Of a stretch of 36,101 nt of DNA, positions 26,135-33,229 are shown piece by piece (within the stretch, counting starts at the first letter, position 1; every line of letters starts with the position of its first letter). The translations under genes and the position numbers were made by a program. The notes beneath the pieces were generated by a model. It searched no databases. It saw nothing but the letters and a program-made list of their open reading frames with translations, and had not been told where the DNA came from. This DNA is from a virus: the IMG/VR virus record IMGVR_UViG_3300029487_000028, positions 1-36,101 of that record; one strand, written 5' to 3'.

Positions 26135-26177
26135 TTTTCTCACCTCGCGTTGTTGCGACATTTTGCTGTCACGTTTT

Positions 26178-26197
26178 GTATTGTGACTACACAATAC
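26178..26197. promoter_or_regulatory. Operator-like palindrome O1 (GTATTGTG-acta-CACAATAC)
   Basis: Perfect 8-bp arms. It overlaps the -10 and transcription start of the leftward promoter. Confidence 0.55.
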
Positions 26198-26219
26198 CAC
26201 CTTTTAAATGTTTTGTCAA
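26191..26219 (-). promoter_or_regulatory. Leftward early promoter (TTGACA-17-TATTGT with an extended TG)
   Basis: On the minus strand the -35 is at 26219-26214 and the -10 at 26196-26191. Confidence 0.55.
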
Positions 26220-26222
26220 TAC
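26210..26222. promoter_or_regulatory. Operator-like palindrome O2 (GTTTTG-t-CAATAC)
   Basis: One mismatch relative to O3. It overlaps the -35 of the leftward promoter. Confidence 0.45.
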
Positions 26223-26250
26223 ATTTACGCAAAATATTTTTATTCTTTTT

Positions 26251-26263
26251 GTATTGACAATAC
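26251..26263. promoter_or_regulatory. Operator-like palindrome O3 (GTATTG-a-CAATAC)
   Basis: Perfect 6-bp arms. It overlaps the -35 of the rightward promoter. Confidence 0.55.
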
Positions 26264-26281
26264 ATCGCAGCCGTGTATAAT
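26254..26281 (+). promoter_or_regulatory. Rightward repressor promoter (TTGACA-16-TATAAT with an extended TG)
   Basis: -35 at 26254-26259, TG at 26274-26275, -10 at 26276-26281. Confidence 0.6.
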
Positions 26282-26302
26282 ATAGTCAAGGGAGGTGATA
26301 CG

Positions 26303-26674
26303 GTGACGATCAATGATCGGATCAAGGATATCCGCCGGAGCACAGGCTTGTCGCAGACCGATTTTGCAGAACGGCTCGGCACGACGCGCGGGGTGATTAC
26401 AAATCTTGAAGGGGAGAAAACCACACCGAACGAGCCGTTTATCAAACTGATCTGCCGGGAATTCAACATCGACGAGCATTGGCTCCGCACCGGCGAGGGC
26501 GAAATGCGGCAGAAGCTGACGCGTAATCAAGAAATCGCCGAGTTCATGGGCGTCGTCATGCACGATCCCGACGACGCGCCGCGCAAGCGGTTTGTATCGA
26601 TCATCAGCAAACTCAGCGCCGACGAATGGCAGCTGCTCGCCGAGATCGCAAAAAAAATGGCCGAGGACGAATAA
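26303..26674 (+). CDS. cI-like XRE-family HTH repressor
   Basis: GTG at 26303 lies 7 nt after GGAGG. The HTH is STGLSQTDFAERLGTTRGVITNLEGEKTTP. 123 aa. Confidence 0.8.
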   Translation: MTINDRIKDIRRSTGLSQTDFAERLGTTRGVITNLEGEKTTPNEPFIKLICREFNIDEHWLRTGEGEMRQKLTRNQEIAEFMGVVMHDPDDAPRKRFVSIISKLSADEWQLLAEIAKKMAEDE

Positions 26675-26696
26675 CCGTCCCCGGCCTATTTTTTTA
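26659..26696. terminator. Bidirectional rho-independent terminator
   Basis: ggccgaggacg-aataac-cgtccccggcc with one mismatch, flanked by A8 upstream and T7 downstream. Confidence 0.65.
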
Positions 26697-26705
26697 TTCC
26701 CGCGC

Positions 26706-26816
26706 CTATGTGACCAACTTCCGCACGAATCTCCAGATCAGATCCAGATCCGCATCTGTGGCCAGCCGCAGCAGGCGCTTGATCTCTTTCAGCAGCAAAT
26801 TCCGTTCCATTTCCAT
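26706..26816 (-). CDS. 36-aa amphipathic helical peptide (not in the ORF track)
   Basis: ATG lies 5 nt after GGAGG. MEMERNLLLKEIKRLLRLATDADLDLIWRFVRKLVT. It ends at the bidirectional terminator. Confidence 0.4.
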   Translation of the reverse strand: MEMERNLLLKEIKRLLRLATDADLDLIWRFVRKLVT

Positions 26817-27005
26817 AAGTGCCTCCATTCTTCCACAAAAATCTCTTCTATTTTTTGTTTACTATTGCCGTTGAGGTTTTCTTCCATTTGATTTACAATT
26901 CTAAGTAAGATATTTTTTCATCGCATGATTATCATAGAACATCTGTTCTAAAATTACAATTATGAGATTTTACAAAACTATCTTATAATAATTGGAGGTT
27001 TTGCC

Positions 27006-27527
27006 ATGAGGCAAGCATGGCGCAAGGTTTTGCTTGTGCTGGTCTGCTGTGTACTGGCTGTTGCCGGATGGATTGGGCTTTTGAATCTTGCGGAGGTTAT
27101 TTCCGCCGCCCGCTCCTACAGGGCTTCGCCCGCGGAGCTTCGCGCGGCTGCGGATGCCGCTGTGCTTCCTGCCGCAGACCCGGCGTCTTCCGACAGCGGA
27201 GAATATACGGACGCGGAGCAGGCCGAAGCGCAGGCGGAGTATTATGCCAGCATCGGCGGCGACCCGCTCGACGTAGAGCCGCTGGAACCGATCATCGGTA
27301 AATTTGTATCCTATATCCCCGGCACGCTGCCCGCCGAGGCTCCGCATATCTCCGCCTCGACGAGCGAAAACGTGCAGACATTTATCGTAAATACATCCAG
27401 CGGCGTTTTCCATCTGGCCAGCTGCTACCACATCCGCCAGATGGACTATGCAAACCGCAGCAGCTACACCGGCACCCGCGCCGAGGCTGCGGCTCTGTAT
27501 TCGCCGTGTAAGGATTGCAATCCGTAG
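27006..27527 (+). CDS. Membrane-anchored/secreted protein with a C-terminal sunset-type Cys motif (moron)
   Basis: N-terminal TM or signal anchor, Ala/Glu/Pro-rich linker, then C-terminal FHLASCYHIRQ...YSPCKDCNP. GGAGG SD. Confidence 0.65.
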   Translation: MRQAWRKVLLVLVCCVLAVAGWIGLLNLAEVISAARSYRASPAELRAAADAAVLPAADPASSDSGEYTDAEQAEAQAEYYASIGGDPLDVEPLEPIIGKFVSYIPGTLPAEAPHISASTSENVQTFIVNTSSGVFHLASCYHIRQMDYANRSSYTGTRAEAAALYSPCKDCNP

Positions 27528-27535
27528 GAGGGCTT

Positions 27536-28027
27536 ATGTACTGTAACAAATGCGGCAAAGAGATCGACGACGAGGCTTTGATCTGCCCGCACTGCGGCTG
27601 CGGCACCGTGAATTATATCCGCGATCAGGCAAAGGCGGAGGCCCGCGTGCAGGTGCAGGCCGCACCGGCGCGGAAAAAGCGCTCGACTGCCTTGCTGCTC
27701 TGTATCTTCCTCGGCGGTTTCGGCGCACACCGGTTTTATGTCGGCAAAATCTGGACGGGGCTTCTTTGGCTCTTTACGCTCGGCTTTTGGGGCATTGGCA
27801 CGCTGGTTGATTTTTGCCGAATCTATGATAACAAATTTCCAGATGATGCAGGCCGCCCGCTCTATGACGAGTATACGGATGGTTTAACGCCCGAGGAATA
27901 CGAGGAGGCCGTCGCCGGGCCGCGCAAGGTGCGAAAGATCGTGATTGTTGTTGCGCTTGCGCTGTGTGCCGGCTGCTTCTTGATCCTGCGCGTCATACCG
28001 AGCCTGATGTATGCGCTCGGTTTTTGA
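27536..28027 (+). CDS. Zinc-ribbon plus TM2-domain membrane protein (moron)
   Basis: MYCNKCGKE...CPHCG, then FLGGFGAHRFYVGK...GIGTLVDF (TM2 signature), then a C-terminal TM. AGGAGG SD. Confidence 0.7.
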   Translation: MYCNKCGKEIDDEALICPHCGCGTVNYIRDQAKAEARVQVQAAPARKKRSTALLLCIFLGGFGAHRFYVGKIWTGLLWLFTLGFWGIGTLVDFCRIYDNKFPDDAGRPLYDEYTDGLTPEEYEEAVAGPRKVRKIVIVVALALCAGCFLILRVIPSLMYALGF

Positions 28028-28032
28028 GATTC

Positions 28033-28070
28033 GCCCGCGCCGCTGGCCGAACAACGGCGCGGGCTTTTGC
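28033..28070 (+). terminator. Rho-independent terminator
   Basis: gcccgcgccg-12 nt-cggcgcgggc followed by tttt. Confidence 0.6.
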
Positions 28071-28191
28071 TTGCGCAGGCGACCGGGAGCCGTCTGTAAC
28101 TATATTGTAGCCTGCCTATGGTAGACTTGTAAAGATGTGGCAGTTGCTTTTTGCAGTCAGACGTCTTGCTTTTTTGGGGGAATGACATGTT

Positions 28192-28602
28192 TTGAAGGAA
28201 AAATTATCTGATTTGTGCCGTGAGCAGAAGCAGACGATCACTCCGCGCAAAACAAATCAGGATGTAGCCGAAAATACCGATCTTTCCGTCGGTACCGTCT
28301 CCCAGTTCTTTCGCGGCGACATCAAAAATCCGTCTGTTTACACGGTCGGTCCGATCTGCCGGGAGATGGGCGTTTCTATGGATGAGTATTTCGGCATTCC
28401 GCATGACGAGCCTGCCGAGTCTTCCGATGCCGAAAAACTCCGCGCCGAGAACGCGGCCCTTCGCGCGCAGCTTGCCCAGCAGCAGAAATCCCTGCGTATG
28501 CACCGGCTTGTGACGCTCATCCTCTTGGGCATTCTTTCGCTGTGTGCCCTTGCGCTTGTGGCCGACGTGCTCATCCCATCAATCGGCTGGATTCGCACAT
28601 GA
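28192..28602 (+). CDS. Membrane-anchored XRE-type HTH protein
   Basis: TTG start. The HTH is NQDVAENTDLSVGTVSQFFRGDIKNPSVYTV, followed by a coiled coil and a C-terminal TM (LVTLILLGILSLCALALVADVLI). ATGA overlap with int. Confidence 0.6.
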   Translation: MKEKLSDLCREQKQTITPRKTNQDVAENTDLSVGTVSQFFRGDIKNPSVYTVGPICREMGVSMDEYFGIPHDEPAESSDAEKLRAENAALRAQLAQQQKSLRMHRLVTLILLGILSLCALALVADVLIPSIGWIRT

Positions 28603-30227
28603 AAATTACCGCCCCGGCCCGATCAGCCAGAGCGGTATCTTTGGAGGCTTTTGTGGATAATTTGAATCTTGCCAACGTCGTGATCTACGCCCGGTATTCT
28701 TCCGCCGGGCAAAACGACCAATCGATAGACGGCCAGCTTGCCAAATGCCGCGAATACGCGCAGCAGCGCGGATACCGCGTCGTTGGCGAATACTGCGACC
28801 GGGCGCTATCCGGGCGATACGCCGAAACGCGTCCGGAATTCCAGCGCTTGATTGCCGACAGCGCAAAGCGCGCGTTTGATTTTGTGCTTGTCTGGAAGCT
28901 CGACCGCTTTTCCCGCGACCGGTACGACAGCGCGATCTACAAAAAGAAACTGCGCACGAACGGCGTGCGCGTTCTGTCCGTCACCGAGGGCGTCGGCGAC
29001 AGCAGCGAGAGCGTGCTGCTGGAGGCGATCCTGGAGGCCATGGCGGAGGAATATTCCCGCCAGCTTGCCCAGAACGTCCGTCGTGGGATGCGGCAGAACG
29101 CCGAGAAGGGCCTGAGCCTCGGCGGCCTCGCCCCGCTCGGCTACCGCGTTGTAAATAAGCAGTACGAGATCAACGAGGATGAAGCCCGCATCGTCCGCTT
29201 TATCCATGAGCAGTATGCCGACGGCGCAGGGCAAAAGCAGATCGTGGCCGACTGCGCGCGGCTGGGCTACCGTAATCAGCGCGGGAACCCGCTCACATTA
29301 GCCTCGGTAAAGCGTATCCTTGCAAACGAGCGGTATGTCGGCAGGTACGACTACCTCGGCGAGATCGTGATTGAAGACGCATTCCCGGCCATCGTCTCAA
29401 AGGATCTGAAAAAGCGTGTGCGCGACCGGCTCAAGGCGAATGCCAAGGCCCCCGGCCACGCAAAGGCAAAAGTCGAGTATCTGCTGCATGGAAAGCTGTT
29501 CTGCGGCGAGTGCGGCGCGCCGATGATAGGGGAGTGTGGGCGCGGCAGGCACGGCGCGACGTATTATTATTACACCTGCGCCGCGCGGAAGAAGCAGCAC
29601 ACCTGCAAAAAGCGCAATGAGCGCAAGGACGAACTCGAAGCCAGCATCGTGGATTATATCGGCTCGTGCGTCCTGACGGACAGCTGGATCGACGGCGCAG
29701 CCGAGCGCGTTGTGGCGGAGTATCAAAAAAGCTACGACGCATCCGGCATTAAGCCGCTCGAAAAGCAGATTCGCGACGCCGACAAGGAGATCGATCAGCT
29801 TGTCGACGCTCTGATCTCCGCAACGGCGGAAGCTGCCCGCCGCAGGATCAACGAGCGCATCGAAACTGCCGAGGCCCGAAAGCAGGCGCTGGAGGCTGAT
29901 CTTGCATCTCTCCGCATCGCCAGCCGCGTCCAGATCAAAAAAGAGGACATCGTCGTATGGCTCAACCAGTTCCGCACCGGCGACCGGTCCGATCTGGAAT
30001 ACCACAAAAAAGTCATAGATTTATTCGTAAACGCGATCTATCTGTACGATGATTCGTTCAAATTATTTCTGAATGTAGCCGATTCCGCCCAAGTAACCTA
30101 CGCCGACGCCCTCGCCCTCGCGCCGCCGTCCGTTTCGGATTTCGGCGCGTCCGGTGTACCAGATATGCACTTATCCGAACACATCATATTTATAAATGGT
30201 GTTATTGGGATGATCGTGCAAAGATAA
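28599..30227 (+). CDS. int: Large serine recombinase (integrase)
   Basis: VVIYARYSSAGQ catalytic Ser motif, DRFSRD, recombinase domain, zinc ribbon CGECGAPM...YYYYTC, and a C-terminal coiled coil. 542 aa. Confidence 0.9.
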   Translation: MKITAPARSARAVSLEAFVDNLNLANVVIYARYSSAGQNDQSIDGQLAKCREYAQQRGYRVVGEYCDRALSGRYAETRPEFQRLIADSAKRAFDFVLVWKLDRFSRDRYDSAIYKKKLRTNGVRVLSVTEGVGDSSESVLLEAILEAMAEEYSRQLAQNVRRGMRQNAEKGLSLGGLAPLGYRVVNKQYEINEDEARIVRFIHEQYADGAGQKQIVADCARLGYRNQRGNPLTLASVKRILANERYVGRYDYLGEIVIEDAFPAIVSKDLKKRVRDRLKANAKAPGHAKAKVEYLLHGKLFCGECGAPMIGECGRGRHGATYYYYTCAARKKQHTCKKRNERKDELEASIVDYIGSCVLTDSWIDGAAERVVAEYQKSYDASGIKPLEKQIRDADKEIDQLVDALISATAEAARRRINERIETAEARKQALEADLASLRIASRVQIKKEDIVVWLNQFRTGDRSDLEYHKKVIDLFVNAIYLYDDSFKLFLNVADSAQVTYADALALAPPSVSDFGASGVPDMHLSEHIIFINGVIGMIVQR

Positions 30228-30262
30228 AAAATCCCTCTCCGGTTTGGAGAGGGATTTTTTTA
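30226..30262. terminator. Bidirectional terminator / perfect inverted repeat
   Basis: aaaaaATCCCTCTCC-ggttt-GGAGAGGGATttttttt, between the convergent int and ORF 30260. Confidence 0.7.
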
Positions 30263-30727
30263 TTTTACCACATGCTCATAGTATTTCATGAGCTTGCGCT
30301 CCGGGCCGGGGCCGTCCTTGTCGAGCAGAAACGCCTTTGCCAGGGCGGCGTAGAATTCCGGGCGGTTGAGTCCGAATTCTACCGCGACGGGGTAGTAGTC
30401 CGAGTACATCATGTTCATGGTCACGCCCCACGCCCAGCGCGGGATCTCGTGTTCCTGAATGCCCATGCTCTCGGCAACGGCCGTCGTCTGCTCCATCGTC
30501 CAGTGCGGGCCGGTCGAGCCGTCGGCATTCTGCATACGCTCGGCCCACTGCATGGCCGTCTCTCGGTCAAACTCTGCCGCTTCCGGCTGGTCTTCGCGGC
30601 AGTCCAGCTTTTCCAGCCTGCGGATCGTCTTCGCGTACAGGCCGACTTCCTCCGCGCTGCCGAGCGTCACCGGCTTTTCCATCGCCTCGCGCAGCTTTGT
30701 GTAAAGCTTTTCTATATATTCTTTCAT
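30260..30727 (-). CDS. Hypothetical protein (accessory operon gene 3)
   Basis: Start at MKEYIEKLY after GGAGGCGTGACGAG. 155 aa, motifs NADGSTGPHWTMEQT and NMMYSDYY. Confidence 0.6.
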   Translation of the reverse strand: MKEYIEKLYTKLREAMEKPVTLGSAEEVGLYAKTIRRLEKLDCREDQPEAAEFDRETAMQWAERMQNADGSTGPHWTMEQTTAVAESMGIQEHEIPRWAWGVTMNMMYSDYYPVAVEFGLNRPEFYAALAKAFLLDKDGPGPERKLMKYYEHVVK

Positions 30728-30731
30728 CTCG

Positions 30732-31070
30732 TCACGCCTCCTGCATGTATCGGTAGAGTTTGTCCACGTCGTTCTGATCAAACCGCATATCGCCCAGCAG
30801 CGGGACGGATACGTTCAGCTTGTTCTCAAAGCGCGGACGCGCCGCGTTATAGAGCTTGTCGAGGTCGATGTTTCCGGCGTCGTCGAAGATCTGCATCATC
30901 TTGACCGCGGGATTCTCGCGCAGCGCAAGGATTTTTTCGCGGCTGCCCTCCATGATGAGCGCCAGCATGATCCCGGCTCCGATGCCCTTGCCGCCCGGCA
31001 GGTGCGGGATGACCTCATTGTCCGCGTAGCGCATCGCGCCGCGCATGGCCTGATCTATCGTCACTGTCAT
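30732..31070 (-). CDS. Hypothetical protein (accessory operon gene 2)
   Basis: 112 aa, AAAGGAGGG SD. Confidence 0.6.
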   Translation of the reverse strand: MTVTIDQAMRGAMRYADNEVIPHLPGGKGIGAGIMLALIMEGSREKILALRENPAVKMMQIFDDAGNIDLDKLYNAARPRFENKLNVSVPLLGDMRFDQNDVDKLYRYMQEA

Positions 31071-31093
31071 CGCAGATTCCCTCCTTTAAGGAT

Positions 31094-31113
31094 GGGGCGG
31101 CTATTGCCGCCCC
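31094..31113 (-). promoter_or_regulatory. Intercistronic GC hairpin without a U tract
   Basis: ggggcggc-aata-gccgcccc, between gene 1 and gene 2 of the accessory operon. Confidence 0.4.
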
Positions 31114-31119
31114 TTTGGC

Positions 31120-31761
31120 TTAGTTGTTGCAGCAGCCGCAGCACTTCGGGAGCGGATCGTAGAGCGTCTGGGGCGACGTTGCGGTTCCGGTGGTGACGTC
31201 GGCGACCTGCTTGGGGTAAAACGTCGCGTTGACGTAGGTTTTCAGGGCGTTGTCGCCGCAGCAGCGGCGTTCGGCCTCCATCTTTACCGCGCTGAGCGCC
31301 TCCTTGCGGACGCAATCAACGTCCTGCTTTACGAGCGTAAAGCTGTCCTCGGTGCGCTGGTTGTGGACGGCCTGCTTGCACAGCGCCTCACGGACGTCCT
31401 TGAGCTGCCCGTCGATATAACCGTACATCTCCAGCATTTTCTGATCGTTGTAGGTGTTGGCCTTCAGGAGCGCGATCTCGCTGTCCTTCGCGGCCAGCTG
31501 CTGCTCCCGTTCGAGATCATAGCGCGTGACCGGCATATTCTCGCTGCACGTCGGCTCCTGCTGGCGCGAAGCCAGCGCAGCGGCCAGCGCTGCCATGGCG
31601 GGCGTCGCCGCAGCCGCCGTCACTTCTGCGGCAGCCGCCCGGTTGTTCTGTCCGAGGCCGCCCAGCAGATTACCGAGTCCGCCGTTCGCCAGTCCCAGTG
31701 CGGCACCGCCGATGCCAAAGCCCAGCGCAGTCCCCGCGAGTCCCTTGCTTGCGTATTCCAT
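31120..31761 (-). CDS. Glycine-zipper / coiled-coil / C-terminal Cys-cluster protein (accessory operon gene 1)
   Basis: ATG at 31761 lies 9 nt after GGAGG. The N terminus is GLAGTALGFGIGGAALGLANGGLGNLLGGLG, followed by an Ala-rich segment, a coiled coil, and a C terminus ending PKCCGCCNN. 213 aa. Confidence 0.6.
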   Translation of the reverse strand: MEYASKGLAGTALGFGIGGAALGLANGGLGNLLGGLGQNNRAAAAEVTAAAATPAMAALAAALASRQQEPTCSENMPVTRYDLEREQQLAAKDSEIALLKANTYNDQKMLEMYGYIDGQLKDVREALCKQAVHNQRTEDSFTLVKQDVDCVRKEALSAVKMEAERRCCGDNALKTYVNATFYPKQVADVTTGTATSPQTLYDPLPKCCGCCNN

Positions 31762-31884
31762 AAAAAAATACCTCCGGTAAAAATAAGTAAGCTGGCCAGC
31801 TCCTATCCTCAGTCTACCGGCTCCGTGCTTTTTCTGGGGGACATTTATGGGGCATTTGTGTACCAAATTTTTTATATTTTTTTG

Positions 31885-31955
31885 CATTTTCCTCTTGACT
31901 TTTACGCCCAATGGGCGTATAATAAGGCCATAAGATAAAGCAAGGCGAAAGCCGG
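31885..31955 (+). repeat. Promoter/5'UTR cassette, copy 1
   Basis: Aligns with 33230-33301 with one substitution and one single-nt indel. Confidence 0.9.
31895..31923 (+). promoter_or_regulatory. Consensus promoter TTGACT-17-TATAAT with the palindrome ACGCCCAaTGGGCGT (31904-31918) in its spacer
   Basis: -35 at 31895-31900, -10 at 31918-31923, T-rich UP-like tract upstream. Confidence 0.7.
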
Positions 31956-31968
31956 AAAGAGGTACATC

Positions 31969-32232
31969 ATGGAAACCAAGATCATCAACAACCGTTACGA
32001 ACTTATTGCTTGCACTGCCATTGCCACCGAGGCTGGCGACACGGAAGTACAGGACGCGATCCTCTGCCGCGATATGGACGCCTGCCTGGGCGACGCATTT
32101 TGCGTGTACTTTGGCTACACGCTGGACGAGCTGGCGGACAGCATCGAAGACGCTGACTATCCCGATTTCAGCGACGATACGCTCGCCACCGTCCGCATCG
32201 ACGGCCAGCCCATCAGCGCGTACTGCTTCTGA
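31969..32232 (+). CDS. Highly acidic 87-aa protein (anti-defence / DNA-mimic candidate)
   Basis: AAGAGG SD. 19 Asp+Glu versus 4 Lys+Arg, counted by hand. Confidence 0.65.
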   Translation: METKIINNRYELIACTAIATEAGDTEVQDAILCRDMDACLGDAFCVYFGYTLDELADSIEDADYPDFSDDTLATVRIDGQPISAYCF

Positions 32233-32233
32233 T

Positions 32234-32839
32234 ATGAAGGGAGAAATCGGAACCACCGCCATTTGCGAGATGTGCGGCAATGAGTACACCGTGACAGGTA
32301 CACGCCAGAAATATTGTTTGGCCTGTTCGTCAATTCGCAGACGCGAGGCCGCCACCGCCAGTTTTCATCGAAAGGCCGCTGGAACTTCTAGAAAAATCGG
32401 GTCTGCGGCTATTTGTGAGCGCTGCGGATCTGAATACACAACAACCGGAGGAAATCAGAAATTTTGCCCATCCTGCGCACGCAGCCAATGGGGCCGTGGA
32501 GAGCTTCGCCACATTGGAAGCGCTGCAACCTGTAAGCGCTGCGGTGAATCGTTCATTCTGACTGCTACGGGGCAGAGATACTGCCCTGCTTGCGCCGCTC
32601 TAAAGAGATCGCCGCGTGTTGATGATTCTTTGCTCGATTTAGATGCATTTTGCACATTGCTGAAAAAGCACAGCATCACACAAGCTGATTTCGCGCGCCG
32701 TTTTTGTATCAGCTCAGCTCTCATTAGCAGATGGTGCTCAGGGGAGCGCAGATGCCCGACGTACGTGCTTTCTATGGCAGATGAACTTCTCTCCATTGAC
32801 GCCGAAAAAAGAAAGAATCAAAAGGAGGAACCCACATGA
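32234..32839 (+). CDS. Triple zinc-ribbon plus C-terminal HTH protein
   Basis: ATG lies 1 nt after the upstream TGA. It has three repeats of IG(T/S)(T/A)AxCxxCGxx(Y/F)...Q(K/R)(Y/F)CxxC, then the HTH ITQADFARRFCISSALISRWCSGERRCPTYV. 201 aa. Confidence 0.6.
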   Translation: MKGEIGTTAICEMCGNEYTVTGTRQKYCLACSSIRRREAATASFHRKAAGTSRKIGSAAICERCGSEYTTTGGNQKFCPSCARSQWGRGELRHIGSAATCKRCGESFILTATGQRYCPACAALKRSPRVDDSLLDLDAFCTLLKKHSITQADFARRFCISSALISRWCSGERRCPTYVLSMADELLSIDAEKRKNQKEEPT

Positions 32840-33177
32840 AACTCACACCCGCAATCCGCGCTGCTCTCTACGCCGAAACCGGCGCATACACCGACCGCGA
32901 TGCCTACATCTCCGATATGGCACTGTCCAGCGTCTGGGGCGATGCCGAAGACGAAGAGATTCCGGCTGAGCGGCTTGCGCTGCTCGGCGGGATCTGGGAC
33001 GGCACGCACTGCATGATCCCGGAGCTAATCGAGAAATACGGACTGACGCAGACCGGCTTTGCGCAGTATTTCAACGTTCCTCTGCGTACCGTGCAGCACT
33101 GGTGCCTCGGCGACCGCGCCTGCCCGCCGTATGTGGCCACAATGGCAGCCGAGATTTTAGCCTTGAGCAATCGATAA
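32836..33177 (+). CDS. HTH protein paralogous to the C terminus of ORF 32234 (Aca-like candidate)
   Basis: AAGGAGG SD, ATGA overlap. The HTH is LTQTGFAQYFNVPLRTVQHWCLGDRACPPYV. 113 aa. Confidence 0.65.
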   Translation: MKLTPAIRAALYAETGAYTDRDAYISDMALSSVWGDAEDEEIPAERLALLGGIWDGTHCMIPELIEKYGLTQTGFAQYFNVPLRTVQHWCLGDRACPPYVATMAAEILALSNR

Positions 33178-33183
33178 AAAAGC

Positions 33184-33217
33184 AAGCGCCGGATGGGCTT
33201 CCGGCGCTTATTTTTTT
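33184..33217 (+). terminator. Rho-independent terminator
   Basis: aagcgccgg-atgggctt-ccggcgctt followed by attttttta. Confidence 0.7.
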
Positions 33218-33229
33218 ATAACTTTTTTT

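Noticed and set aside
26706-26816. The 36-aa peptide next to the lysogeny switch as an arbitrium-like (AimP) communication peptide.
   Set aside because: It has no N-terminal signal sequence and there is no AimR-like TPR receptor gene in the genome. It is kept only as a small ORF of unknown function.
26592-26891. Plus-strand ORFs 26592-26891 and 26626-26874, downstream of and overlapping the repressor gene.
   Set aside because: They read through the intrinsic terminator and the AT-rich control region, have no SD, and are antisense to the SD-supported 36-aa ORF.
31762-32355. N-terminal 198 codons of the 411-aa minus ORF 31120-32355.
   Set aside because: This extension runs antisense through the acidic-protein gene and straight across the AT-rich promoter cassette. 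The same GVKVKRKM... translation reappears at the second cassette copy in ORF 33071-33256. A strong SD plus ATG at 31761 gives a coherent 213-aa protein.
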